From: Schmidtea nova
Taxonomy: Eukaryota
Assembly (NCBI GenBank): GCA_044892505.1
Contig: CM097883.1
Span: 258,478,001-258,542,000 of the forward strand
Reading direction: 5' to 3'
Length of the DNA stretch: 64,000 bases
Each line of letters opens with the position of its first letter. Positions within the stretch are counted from its first letter, which is position 1. The notes under the pieces are model-generated. The model saw only the letters and a program-made list of their open reading frames with translations, was not told the DNA's origin and did no database searches. Positions 31,226 to 45,157 of this stretch are shown here, one piece after another. The position numbers and the translations under genes are program-made.

Positions 31226-32694
31226 TTTTTACCAATACAATATGTCAGTAGAGGAATTCGTGGCCTCATTACTTCATATAAAGATGGCAAGGAAATCACT
31301 TGAATATCATTAAATAGAGCAAGTTGAATGTAGGCTAGTCCGTCATCTTTGCATAAGAGCAGTTTATGGACCATAGAAGTATATTGGTAAATAGATATAG
31401 GTAGAACACCTACTTGACGGGGATCGAAAACCCGTATTGATTTATAAAAGTTAACAAAAAGCTGTTTATCACTATTAACATATGAAGACAGTTTTGTTAT
31501 CAATACCTCCAGAGTTTGTTACGCAGATATTTACTCGATAGGCATCAACTTTGAACATAGCCATACCATTCAATCGTTTTTTATATTGTATTCTCGACAA
31601 TAATTCTTTAATTGAATTGAAAACAAAAATAAAATTAATTTATCACATCTGTTAGCAATGTTAACCACTGAGGATTGTGGATCTTCAGTGATTAAGAATG
31701 ACAATAAATAACATAGAATCTAGTATCTACATAATTTCAACTTAACTAAACGAATCTAGTGCATTTTAAGGACAAAACTAAGTTTAATTGTTTTTACTAA
31801 TTGTACAAATTAATAACCTTTATTTAGTAAAAATCAAAACTAACTACCATAAACTAAAATAATTAATTTTTAATTTTACATGCACAATAACTTTATTTCC
31901 ATTGGCTATTGTGTAATTGTCAATTAATTTGCGACGATATTAATTTAAAGGGAATAATTTAACAGCATCAAAATTTATGTTGGAGATCTTACAATTAAGA
32001 TTTTTAAATGCATAAACAATCATCACAACTGTGATTTGTACTGTTTATTTATTTGGATATGTTGCAATTCGTTAACATCACTTGAGATTTGGTCTCTTAA
32101 TCAATTGATCAATTAAAAAATAATATTACAATCAAGAATAAATATACAAATCTTGGTTCACTGCAATCTTTAATTTTTCAAAGTTGAGTTAAAGAAAATA
32201 CTATTTTTTGGTTATGATTTGTTAAAAAACTGAAGTTTAAAATTAACAAACAAATCATTTAATGTTAAAATAAACATACAAAATGAAATATATACACGTA
32301 TTTTAAATGATTTTTTTTTATTAATTTTACTAGAGTTGATAAAAGTTCTATTGGATTGTAAACATGTAATTATGTAATTAATAATAAACGTGTAAATAGG
32401 ATAATTTTTTATTCTATTTAATTTGTTTATCGCTTGAATATAGCAGCGGAGCTTTTTCAAATATATTGCAAAAATATATTTTAAAAATGCTATTGTCATA
32501 TTAATATTTTTATAGGTGAAGTTGATGTCATAATAATTTTTATTGTGTAATCGATGACGTGATACTGAAATTTTTATATTTTTATTTTATTTTATCATAT
32601 TTTTAAAATCTTTTCAAAAACTTTCATATTTATTAATTTTTCGAAATTTTTTCAACAAATTAAGAAAAACATGAAGAAATTAAAGTCGCGAACA

Positions 32695-32880
32695 ATTTAC
32701 ACGTAAAAAGGGTCGACTCCTACAATTTCCAAAAATTTTAAAATGGTCAGAATTCAATAATTTTTATACCAATCTACTGAAAATTGAATGGCGAACCAAA
32801 AAGGATAAACAAGTCAAAACATGAAAAATCGGTCTCATCCGACAAAATCTCACACGTAAAAAAGATTGATTCGTGTATGT
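32695..32880 (+). repeat. Dispersed copy of the ~155-bp satellite monomer arrayed at 63060-64000
   Basis: Shares TTTACACGTAAAAAGGGTC...CAGAATTCAATAATTTTTATACCAATCTACTGA.AATTGAATGG. Confidence 0.75.
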
Positions 32881-35800
32881 CTTAAAAAATATAATTTATC
32901 AGGTAAATAGAAACATGGTAATTTTTGCGAGGAAAATTAATTAACACAAATACCAGACAAAAAAAATCGACTAATTTCAATCATAAAAAATTCACACATG
33001 AAAATTATTAAACAAAAAAAATCAGCTCTCAGATTTCCGTCAAATGCTAATGTAAAAATGCCCACTCCCACAATTCCTTGAATTATGGACGGTAAATTAA
33101 AATTTAAAAAAATATCATAGAAAATGAGAAATTAATGTAAATAATTGTAAAGGTTTAAAAAACAAGTCAACTTTAAAAAAGTATAAAAACAAATTTACAA
33201 GCGAAAATCCTAAAATTTAAATTCAAAGCATAAACATAAAATTCAAGTCATGATTAAAAAATCTAAAATTATAAACCATAGAATTATTTAATTTAAAGTA
33301 AAAAGTCTAAAATTAAAAGTTCCAAATGAAACTTATAGAATTTCAAGTTATAGATATATAAGGTAAATTACAATTAAAACTAACGATAAAAATAATAGAA
33401 CATTATTTAAATTAATTCTAACTAAAAGATTATTTATTAATAAGAAATATATTTATATAAAAGTAATACTAGCTTTTTGTATAAAAATTTGAGATATTTC
33501 CCTGGAAAATAAAATAATATTATAAATATTAAAAATTTAAATATCTAATGAAATTTAAGTGAATGGGAATTTATCACACTAGACTGTCTTTCTTCTTCAA
33601 CCAGTCGTATTTCTGTGGTCTAGCAGAATTTTTACACGTTTACGAACACAGCATTAGATAAAGGAACTAGTTGGGATACGAGTGGGTATGAATACTTGAG
33701 TATTAAAACCTGACACTTAAAACTGATATTATTTTTAATGTATCAGTTACAAGATAGGAATAGTACTGCAAACACAAATATTGCAAATCGCATAAATGGG
33801 TACTTAATTTGATAAATTTGGCGAGAATAAAATTAAGTCAAGTTGATCAGTCTTGTATAAAACAATCAATAATACATAAAGAAAATAATACATAAAAAAA
33901 AATTAATTAAAAATTCGTTAAACAGTAAAATAATTAAAATAAAATAATTAAAATATATCATTAAAAACATTTAAAATAATAAAGTTAAACCTTAAAAGAT
34001 CATTATAGTTAATAGTAATACAAAATTATTAAAATAAATTATTATTTAATTAAAGCTTTCTTATTATTATTAAAAATGAAAATAGTTAAAATTAAAAAAA
34101 AATTCATTTCAAATAATTAAATTATTCCTATTATTATTATAATTATAAATAAATAATTATTAAATAATTATAATTATTATGTATTAAATATTAAAATATT
34201 TCTAATACTAAAACATTAAAAATCTTATTCGTCAAAATTAAGACAATAAACCTAATACATTGTTAGTTATTATTATAATGATTAAAAATTAATAAATTAT
34301 TATTATTTAAATAATAAAAATAATTAAAATATAAGTATAAAATTTTTCTTTTTTAATATAAAAAATAATTAAAAAATCAAACATTAATAAATTATTCTTA
34401 TTAATATTATTTGTTATTAAAACTAATTCGTTAAATAATAAAAAATGATAACTTATTAAAAGTTACTATAATAAAGATTGAAAATTATTATTTAAAATTA
34501 ATAATAATTATTATTGTCCTTATAATTAAAAAGTAATCATATTAATAAAAATAATTAAAAATAAACAAATTTTTAAAATCTTCCGTATCATCATCATTAA
34601 CATTTTCATGTTATCTTTTTAGAATTTTCTTTGATATCTTTATCTTTATCTGATATAGGTATCATCATCACATAAAAAATTTTCACTTGAAAATATATGT
34701 AACCTTAGATGATTTTAAAAGTTTTTCCTCTGAATTTATCAATTATATTTTTTTATATAATTAATAGACTCTAAGATGTTTGCATAAAAATGAATTTTAA
34801 AATTTATAAAAAATTTGAATAATTATAAATAAGACAAATTAAAATCTTTCCCAAAATTTTGAATTAAATAATTAATCAAATTAAATGAAACATCAAATTA
34901 ATAGACATTATTTACATAGTACTATTATTTAAAATAACAATTACTTTTACAATAATACAAGTACCTACATATGAATTACAAATAGAAATTTTAAAATAAA
35001 AATCAATTTAATAGAAAAAATTTACATTGTAAATTAAAATTTTTATTAAAATTTACAATAAAAGAAATTATTAAACATGAATTTCAAAGTTGAAATAATT
35101 AAAGATATGATAATAAAAAATTCCCAGAGAAAATCAATATAATTTCTAATTAAAAACAAACAAGTTGTAATAAAATTTTTATTTAATAAAATATTTTTTC
35201 ATATCAAGCAAAAACTAGAAATTCTGCATCTGTCATCAAAATAGGATCCATAATCATTGATTTTATGTAGTTTACACTAGATGTGATGATTGCATTTTGT
35301 GGACAATTCAATATACTTGCTGCTTTCTAACCAATAAATTCAACAGTTATAGACCTACTACATAATTAAGAACCGCTTAATTCAATCAGCAAACTAATAG
35401 CTCATAATCAGTTAACAAACAAACCAAGTAGTCACTAACCAACTACTCTTACAGATTAACCAACTAGCTCTCCTCATTAACCCTATAATATTTCTCCAAC
35501 CATTTAACAATTCACTTTTCACACTAAACAGCTAGCAACTAAATACTTACTTACCACTAGTCCTGCACATTGAAAAACTAGTTCTACACATTAACCAACT
35601 AGTTCTTCACATTAACCAAATAATAACGGTCTCGATATATAATATCTATCAATCAACGAAGCATCTACTAAAAAATATCTTTGTACATTTTTTAATTAAT
35701 TAAATTATTTAAATAGACTTAAGAAAATGATAACAATTAAATCTATTTTTAATTAAATTATCAATAAGAAATAAGAAAATTAATTAAAGATCTAGTAAAG

Positions 35801-37865
35801 TTATTGGCATTGTACAAAAATAATTAAAAATTCAAATAAAAGTAATTAAATAAGAGTATAATGGTAATTATTTGATTTAAAATAGATCTACATTCAATAT
35901 AGAATTGTTAATTTTTCAAATCCATAACCAGTTACAAAACAACTACCCATCAATCAACCTATCAATGCCAAATAATTAATTAATCAACTACTAATTAAAT
36001 AACTAACAACCAATACCCAAAAACAGCTAAGAATCTAGTTAGTTTCCTAGCTGTTTTGTTGGTATTGATTGGTAGTTATTTGAGCGCTAACTTCTCCCTA
36101 CTATAGTACGATAAAATTAACTGGTACTGACTATTATACTTTTTTTGAAGTTTTTGTGAATTTAAATGTAAGTGAAATATCATAAAAATGATTGTTTTAG
36201 TGGTTATTGTGTTTACATTAAACTTTTAAATATTTAATAAAAAGTGTTGAATTAGCTGAATTGCTAATGAAGAATGCTTACTAAAGACAATTATCTTTGA
36301 TAATAATGAGATAAACTGTTGATAGGTATGTCAATAATCTTAAGTGTCCCTGGATATATAGTAATGATTTGCTTGGTATGTTGGAGAATATTATGAATGG
36401 CAGTTAAGTAAAATGTGTCAAAATTTATCATGGTTTAAAAGATTATAAAAGAAAATTAGGTGTGCAGTTAAGTTATCTAAACCTAAGAATTGTCAACAAT
36501 TCGTGTAAAGTGCGACGTATGTTTTTTAATTAGCAGCAAACTTCGGTTGGATTGAGTTAATATCTAGTTTATCGGTTTACATGAACTGAGTGTAAATCCA
36601 CATACATTGGAGAGACTACTATCTTTTTACTCGAGTTTTTGAACATTGTTTACCGAAAGAAGTGTTCAATATTAGTCACACTAATAAAATATGTATGCTT
36701 AATTTTAAAATCTCTTCAAAACCGTGTTGATTGTAAATCACAATTACTTTTTAAATTAAAATTATGAAACTTTTTAAATTACTCACCATTGTTCCGAGAA
36801 ACATTTTGAATATCCGCTTTTCTATAGTAATTAAAGTAATTTATCAATACTATTTATAGATTTACAATACGTTGACTGCAAAGTCCAAAAATAATAAACC
36901 AATCAACTTATCATATTTCTTTTTATAATTAAAATCACAAAAGTTTTCCAGTGATGTATACAAACCAGTATTTGTTGTTTTTTTTATAAATTTGGGTTTC
37001 AAAATGTTTATATTTCTTTTCAATAAACAAATTAAGAAATGTGAAAGAGCGGAAAGTGTAACATTAATGAGCATAATAAGACATACTAGAAAAGCATTAA
37101 TATTTCCAATTTCAAAATACTGTCTAGGGATTTTAAAAATTATTATAAACGTATGAATGTGAGGCTTTAATGATCAAATAATTTAATCTTAAAATAAACT
37201 TACAAAAGGCAATATATACATGCATTTTGAGAGTTTTTAATTAATTTTACTATGGTTAATAAAGGTTTTATTGGATTGTTCAATTGATTATGTAATCACA
37301 AATAAGCGTATAAATAAGATCAATTTTTATTTTGTTGAAATTCGGTAAAGCCTGATGATGACAGCTGAGCTGGTGCAATATATTGCGATAATATATTTTA
37401 AAAAATGGTGTTCTTTATATTTATTTGAATAAATTGCCATTTTTATTTAATAGTTTATTAAAATTATGTTTAAAAATTATTTATTTTGTAATTTATTTGT
37501 AATTTATTTTGTAATTTATTCCTTTAACATTGGAATAAAATGGTTTATTATTGCATATACCTGAACATGACAGAGGGTCTGGTGAAATATGTCATAAAAT
37601 GATTAAAAAAGTGGCATTTTTATTTAATTAATAATAGTAATGATAATAATAATTATAACAAAAGTAATATCAATTATAATGATATGTGTTTAAAAAGGAA
37701 ATGATCTTAACTTTTACATTTTAACATTTTAATAGTCAGAAAATTGTCCGATTGGGGAAATCTTATTAAATTGATCAATAAATATTCCTCTAATGGGTTT
37801 GATCCATTTCAACATCCGGTACAAATTATATAAATAGTCACCTCAAAATACATTTATCAATAGCA

Positions 37866-38789
37866 ATGTTGTTGAAAACTATTATTTCTTTAATAACTCT
37901 TTCAATCGTAATTGAACTTTGCAGTGCTCAATGCGGTTGTACTCAAAAGGTGCTTGGTTTGTCTTGCTGACTAATTTGACTATTTTCATGTTTAGGGAAT
38001 TAAAATTAGCAATTTCAATGTCGGTGATATGGTTTTGTCATCTCAGGATGTTCTGAGAATAAACGGAGTAACACTTTATCTGCGTCACTTATTTGCGTCA
38101 TTAAATTTATGCATTTAGTTCAAAGCTGCTCAAGGAGTCCACTGGCCAAACAAATTGCTCCGATATACATTTGATCCCTCATATCGTAAAAAACACAATT
38201 AATAATTTATCATTTCACTTATTAATTTCAGCCGATAAAAACAAAAATCAAATCAGAGAATTCTTGAAAATCTACGAAAAAGAGTTGGGAAATTGTTTGA
38301 GATTTGTAGAAGAAAAGAGTGATGTTTACGCAACAGTAGTTTTGGGTGGAGGATGCTCAGCAAATGTTGGATACAATAAAAATTATCCTCTGACAATCAC
38401 TTTGCCTGATCCTTGTGTCAATAGACGAAATGTCAAACACGAATTCACACATTTACTCGGATTTATGCATGAGCACACTCGACCGGACAGAGATCAATTT
38501 CTGAAAATTGAGTTCGCAAATGTTCATTCTGGATGTGAGAAATATTTCTTGATTTGTATGATAAATTTAAATTGTTTTCCTACTTTTAGTATGCAACAAC
38601 TTTTATCTGTGTGAAGGATGCAAATTGACAACAACTTATGATTTTGACAGTATCATGCAATACCCATCGGAAGCTTTCTCTTGCAATGGAAAAGACACGA
38701 TATTGAAGAAAAATGGAGGTAAAATCCCATTCAACATGGAAGTAACCAAACTGGATGCAAAGAAAGTCCGAGACTATTACGGATGTTAA
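37866..38789 (+). CDS. Secreted astacin (M12A) zinc metalloprotease, 5 exons, apparently intact host gene
   Basis: Exons 37866-37949, 37996-38067, 38119-38185, 38232-38555 and 38590-38789; GT-AG introns of 46, 51, 46 and 34 bp keep the frame. Signal-peptide-like N-terminus, WPN..L.Y, HEFTHLLGFMHEHTRPDRD, Met-turn DSIMQY. Confidence 0.9.
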
Positions 38790-41700
38790 TAAAATTATTT
38801 GATTAATAAATTTAATTTACATAATTATTACTTTAATTACTTGATTTATTCTTTCCAATTTTCTTTACTAAATGTTTATTATTTATTATAGAAATACATT
38901 TTACGTTTTATACCAGTGGAGTATAACTCATTTAAGAAATCTATTAAGAGAAAAATATTANNNNNNNNNNNNNNNNNNNNNNNNNNNNNNNNNNNNNNNN
39001 NNNNNNNNNNNNNNNNNNNNNNNNNNNNNNNNNNNNNNNNNNNNNNNNNNNNNNNNNNNNNNNNNNNNNNNNNNNNNNNNNNNNNNNNNNNNNNNNNNNN
39101 NNNNNNNNNNNNNNNATTAATAAAATGTTTAATAAATTTAATTTTCATCTATAGAAATAATATCACGTGTAAGTGTGCACTGTCAGTTCTAAATTTCTTT
39201 GAATTTCTCAGCGCTTGACTAATAATGCCTAAGAAAAACTTATTAAACCATACACAGAACTTAATAACAAAATGAGTGGACGATACATAAAAGTCAGTAT
39301 AAATACAATGCTGAAATCATTCAGTTACATTGGCTGTCAATATATAAGTTTCCTAAGTAAGAGGAGCTTTGTCAAGTTTTTATTTATTGTATGCGAATCA
39401 GTGAAATAAAATATGTATTTTATAATTTTGTAAAAGAAATTTGAAGTTAAACTTTTATCAATACATATTTTCAAGTTATCATTTTATTTTCTAGTTTAAA
39501 TCTCTGACTCATATCATCCCATTCAAATAAAATGATCCATAAAATTGATATAGGAGGTCGAAGAACAAGTTGACTCTAAAGGCATTTCATTTTTCCCTTA
39601 GAATGGTTCTGAAAATTCGCTATTCACAGTTCTCTAAGCGTATCATCGAGAATAAAAGATGCAGAAAAATAAGGTTTAATTAGAATTATTGGCCTCATCA
39701 TGCCTATTCGTCCCATAAACATTAGGAATCGGATAATTAGTACATATTTACAATTTAAACAAGGAAACCTCTCATATAGATTAGATTTTAACCAGATAAT
39801 ATAATCTTATCCCTACGAATTTTTTCTGAAGAACATAATTAACTTAGAAATCTTTGAAACAAAACCAGAAAATAAGAGTAGATCACGACGTAAAACTTCG
39901 TAACCATTAAAATAAATTGGACAATTTCGAATTATTTTTTAAAAATAAGAATGGAACACTAGTCAAATTGTTTGATATTTTGTGGATAAATGAAAGTGGG
40001 TAAAAATACTAAATAGTGATTTACTGAAACTGAGAAAAATAAAACTACCCAAAGGTTTACCAAATAAAAGTAAAGTAGAAGTGAGCATAAAAGAGAGACA
40101 CTCTGGTTGTAATTGGACGAAACAGTAAAGGTAATTAATAGGTAGCTGCGAACTCTAAGCACTCTTGCTGCAGAAGTAGCCTATCGACAATTGGTATACA
40201 GTACCAACGTGGGCGTGCCAAGTCACTCGTTCAAGGGTAAATTATGTGGGATAACCATGGAATTTCGATAATCATATTCAATGACTGTTTGGAGAAACAT
40301 TACTCGTTGCTATATAAATTCAAGGTACGATACACACAAACAATCCACCAAAACATTGGTATTCTTGGACAGAATACGTAAACAGACTTTAACGTATATT
40401 TTTCTTTTGACTGATCTTAAAATTGAAAATATTATTTTATAATTTATTTTCTTTATTCTTCAGTTTGACGTATAGTGGTGACATTTTGAATAATAAATAA
40501 AACCTAAAAATGGTAATTACCTTGGAACTTCTGGTGTAATCAATAAATAGAAGTCTAAATTGTAGTAAATAAATACATTATTAAAGTTCATTGGTTTAGC
40601 TAATATAAATAACTGCTAATATCTTTATTCAATGATAATCCAAAATGTTATGTCCAATTATGAGAACTTATAAAACTATTGAGACTGTTTTATAACATTG
40701 CATTTTCAAGTGTATTTACAAGAAGGAAATAAATTAATTCAAGTAAAACTGAGATACCTAAAAACAGTCAACACAAAACATGTTGATGCAGATTTCATCA
40801 TTGTCAAAGCAGGATATTTGAAATCGAATGCTACTTAATTTAAATCATTGGCAGTCTTTCGTTCATTCTATAAATAATAATACCGAGGTACCAATTAACA
40901 GGCATCAATTACAATGTGATATTCATCTTCTTAATCGTGATTTTGTAACTACGGAAACCACACGCTTGCTCCTTCGGAATATAAAGCTTGAATCATCAAA
41001 GTATTAAATATCACCTTAACACGAAGATGTTAATATTTATAGTCTTCGTCAATGGAGACACAAATGAAAATCCAATATATCCAGAATATTTTGGCTGTTG
41101 CCAAATGCAAAAACCGCAATTTGGATATTTATATAACAAAGACATGTGTAAAGTTTATCGGCATTTAATCATTTTGAAAGATGAATAGCACATCTTAAGA
41201 ACTTAAAGCCTCCCAATTGCAGGTATCAAATGCAAGCTTTCGAAAAAAATTATAAAACATTTTGCTTTACAAAGAAATTCTAAAAATTTTCTAAATCAAC
41301 TTTGATTTGTAAACTGATAATTTTGAGCAAGCACTAGAATTGTATATACGAATTAATTTAAATTCAACATTATTTCAATTTTCTCAAAAAATAATACCAA
41401 TACAATTTGAATGGAGCAGAGAACCAACGAAACTAAAATTCCTGATATATATATTTCGATGTCCATAATTCATTTATAACGAATCAAATTACATTTTCAT
41501 TAACAATAAAGATTTATTCAATAACAGCTCACAACATCAATGGTATGTATACAAATTCCTATTAAAACTGAGATAGTATTCGCACAATCAAAGAATTCAT
41601 TAAAATTTATGAGAAAAATACCGAAGACATCGTGAAAATTTTAACAAGTTTAATAATTTTTGGGAAAAATGAAAATAAGTATATAAAACGGAATGTTACA

Positions 41701-42635
41701 GAAATAATGAATAAATTTTCCATTGCCCTAAACAAAAAACAATAATAGACCAAAGAAAATTAATTTGAATGTACTAGACTTTACAATAAATGCACAAAAT
41801 GGCTAATATTAAAACAATCGCATTGGCTGATGCAATATTAGTTGAATTGGAGGCCAATGATTTTTATTGGTCAATTCAATTAATTGAGGATATTCTGACA
41901 TTCCTTTTAAAGGAAATATTGAAGCTGTATATTTATGCTGCATTGAATAACTGGAATAAGCGTCATCTTGAGTTAAAACAGTAATTATCTGACAAAATCC
42001 AGGATGTATTATGTCATCAGATTTGAAAAAATCTTTTCCTCTACTATTTCTCAAATTAACTGAACTAATAATTTTAAAAAATTAAACAATAGTATAAAGC
42101 AAAATCATCTACTTTATATTTAATTAATTTACGCAATAAATCATCTTTCGATTTTAAGAGGTGTAACAATGAATAACTTCAACAACCATTTCAGAAAAAA
42201 TTTCATACCACAAGGAAAATAACGCAACGATGACAAAATAAACAATATTTATTTGTTATTTATTCTTTTTACATTTTATTTCTTTTTTATATTTCATAAA
42301 TTTTCATTTTTTATGAAGACTAGATCAATTTTTTATAGCACACTAATTTTTGACAGCATTTTATAAAAATGAAAATTTATGAAATACTTATTGTGTACTT
42401 TGTAAAAACAATGCAGATTGAAATTTCTCTAAGAAATATATTTATCATTGAGAAAATTAAAGTACAGTAAAGGCAATCAAAAAATTTACCTTGCAGTATA
42501 TTCACAAATAGTACGGGTGCATAAAATGAGAAATTCAGTAAAATATATTTCTTTTTTTAGAATGGTTTTTCTTTCTTTAGAAAAGATCCAATTTGCAAAA
42601 TTTTGTATAAATATATTAACGTATGATAGAGAAAG

Positions 42636-42683
<48 letters not shown>

Positions 42684-43630
42684 AGTAGTAGTAGTAGTAT
42701 TTATATTTTAATTAAATGGAATATATTATATATTTATTAAAATAAAAATATTGATATATTTACAAAAAAATGGCAGTTTGTTTTTATTAGCATAATGCAT
42801 TGCAGAATTTAGAATTTAAATAATATAAAGCACTTTTAGAAGCAGAATTCAAATAATATAATGCACATATAATGCTAATAAAAACAAACTGTCATTTTTT
42901 TGTAAATATATCAATATTTTTAATTCATAACTTAAGAAGAGGAATTTAAATAAAGAAATGCAAGCTGCAACTGTTAAAGCCCAATTCAAACCCAGAAATT
43001 TTTGGAGAGTTATAAAGAAAAAGAAGCAGTTTATATCAACAATAAATATTTTACTGGTGTTTTATTTCGATTTAATTTTGTACCTAATTCAGTCAAACGC
43101 AGAATGGGGTACCGAAATTCCGAGCCCAACAATATATATGTGAATTATATAGTGAAATTTGTGTATCTTAATAAGCAGTGCGAAATAATATCGTGATTAT
43201 ATTTTTTCTAATATATCGTAACAAATAATAATAATAATATTAATATCAATAATTCCCATAATGGTAAGACTATAGATCAAAATTTCTTTAAATAAGTACA
43301 CNNNNNNNNNNNNNNNNNNNNNNNNNNNNNNNNNNNNNNNNNNNNNNNNNNNNNNNNNNNNNNNNNNNNNNNNNNNNNNNNNNNNNNNNNNNNNNNNNNN
43401 NNNNNNNNNNNNNNNNNNNNNNNNNNNNNNNNNNNNNNNNNNNNNNAACATCAACAACAATAATAATAATAATGATAATAATAATAATAATAATAATGAT
43501 AATAGTAATGATAATAATAATAGTAATATAGGTCAACTTTTCTATTTTACGATATAGATCTATGTATTTATTTACGATATAGGTATGAAGTCATATTACG
43601 ATATAGGTATGACCTCCCGTAATTCGTTTA

Positions 43631-44400
43631 TACACCCCTGGAAAAATTAACTGTACCCCCCTGAACATATAGTATTCAAGAAATTTTGTCGAAATACATA
43701 TTAATAAATATAATGGGAGTACAAAGTAATATATACTCAATAAATATCAAATGAACATGAGTATCAAAATATATCATAGTGAAACAACTTTCACAACTTT
43801 AACAATCAATAATGTGTATGTCCTATTCAATTTTAATGACTTCAGCACAGCGATTTGGCATGGATGAAGTTTACATGCATGTTGACGCATATCGTGGCTG
43901 CTGCCTGTCGTAGTTCTTCAAGACTGTAAACGCTTTTGTAATTCAATTAACCTTTAGGTGTATACCTAACATTATCTATGGTTGGTGAGGTCAGGATTGT
44001 TGGCGGGCCATGTCATCACTGAAAAGTTATTGCCGGCTAATCACTGCAATGCACTGTCTAGAATTATGGTATGGCACATTATTTTGATGGAATGTCCAAC
44101 AAGCATGTTGAGTGAAGAGTATGTTGAGTATGTACTCCTGCAGAATTACCAGATATCCTGCTGATCGTAGTATACCGTAAGTACGATAGAGTGGAAACAT
44201 CCTGTCTACAGGCATGGTACTCTATATCATGATAGATTCACCACTAAAATTTAATTTAGGCTGCAAGACAGTTGGTTAATGCAATCCCTTTCTTATGATG
44301 GATATAACGTCTTTAAGAGAATCGGACCAGGTGTATGAGCCATTCATCGGTAAACACGACTTCTCAATCATTTATTAGTTCTTTATTTTAATACTAAATT
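43631..44400 (-). mobile_element. Degenerate Tc1-like transposon 3' part
   Basis: Minus-strand MTWPANNPDLT(N)PI..V resembles WPAQSPDLNPIE; TA-CACCCCTGGAAAAA terminus at ~43630. Confidence 0.5.
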
Positions 44401-44867
44401 CAATAAAAAATAAAAGAAGGCAATATATTACTGTTTTGATATGTTATCTGTTATCAATAAAATGAGTAGAATAATATGTGCAAAATGTGGTGTTGAATTG
44501 TGTATACCAAACAGTTAAAAAGTTCTTCATATCAAAATTATTAATTAAGATATAATCAAAAGTTAAAACTTTTCGACCTTTTGATTTTCAAAAAAAAACC
44601 CTGAAAAAAGTAAAGCAAATTACGCGAATATTTGTTTTAAAAAGAATGTAAAGTTTGATAATTATCATAAAGATAAAATTCCAGGAAATACTAAGGAAAA
44701 CATTTGATAATCATGAAACATTTGAACCGGCTTGATGTCATTCTTGATTTGAACTGTTTTGGTGTCATTATTGTTCTGCACTGATTTTGTTTTCATTGAA
44801 TTTTTACTCTTAATTTGGTTGGTTTCTTAGAATGCGTTAGAAAATGTTCTTTTATTCATTTAAAAAT

Positions 44868-44940
<73 letters not shown>

Positions 44941-44944
<4 letters not shown>

Positions 44945-45157
44945 ATTATCAATAATTCTCATAATGACTATAGATCAAAAATTTTTTTTTTAAACAATAA
45001 CACAATATTTCGGCACAGCCTTTATCAAGTGTGTATTTATATCAAATACACACTTGATAAAGGCTGTGCCGAAATATTGTGTTATTGTTTAAAAAAAAAT
45101 TTTGATCTATAGTCATCATTATGAGAATTATTGATAATAATAAAAAAAGATCAAAGG
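44941..45157. repeat. ~200-bp palindrome of two hammerhead-motif repeat units (minus copy 44996-45037, plus copy 45045-45086) next to (TA)n
   Basis: Both copies are identical to 841-882 over 42 bp; the arms extend about 100 bp each. Confidence 0.85.

Noticed and set aside
40140-40380. Possible gypsy RNase H remnant (VGTVYQL..IGYF) on the minus strand
   Set aside because: Too degraded to support from motif recognition alone.
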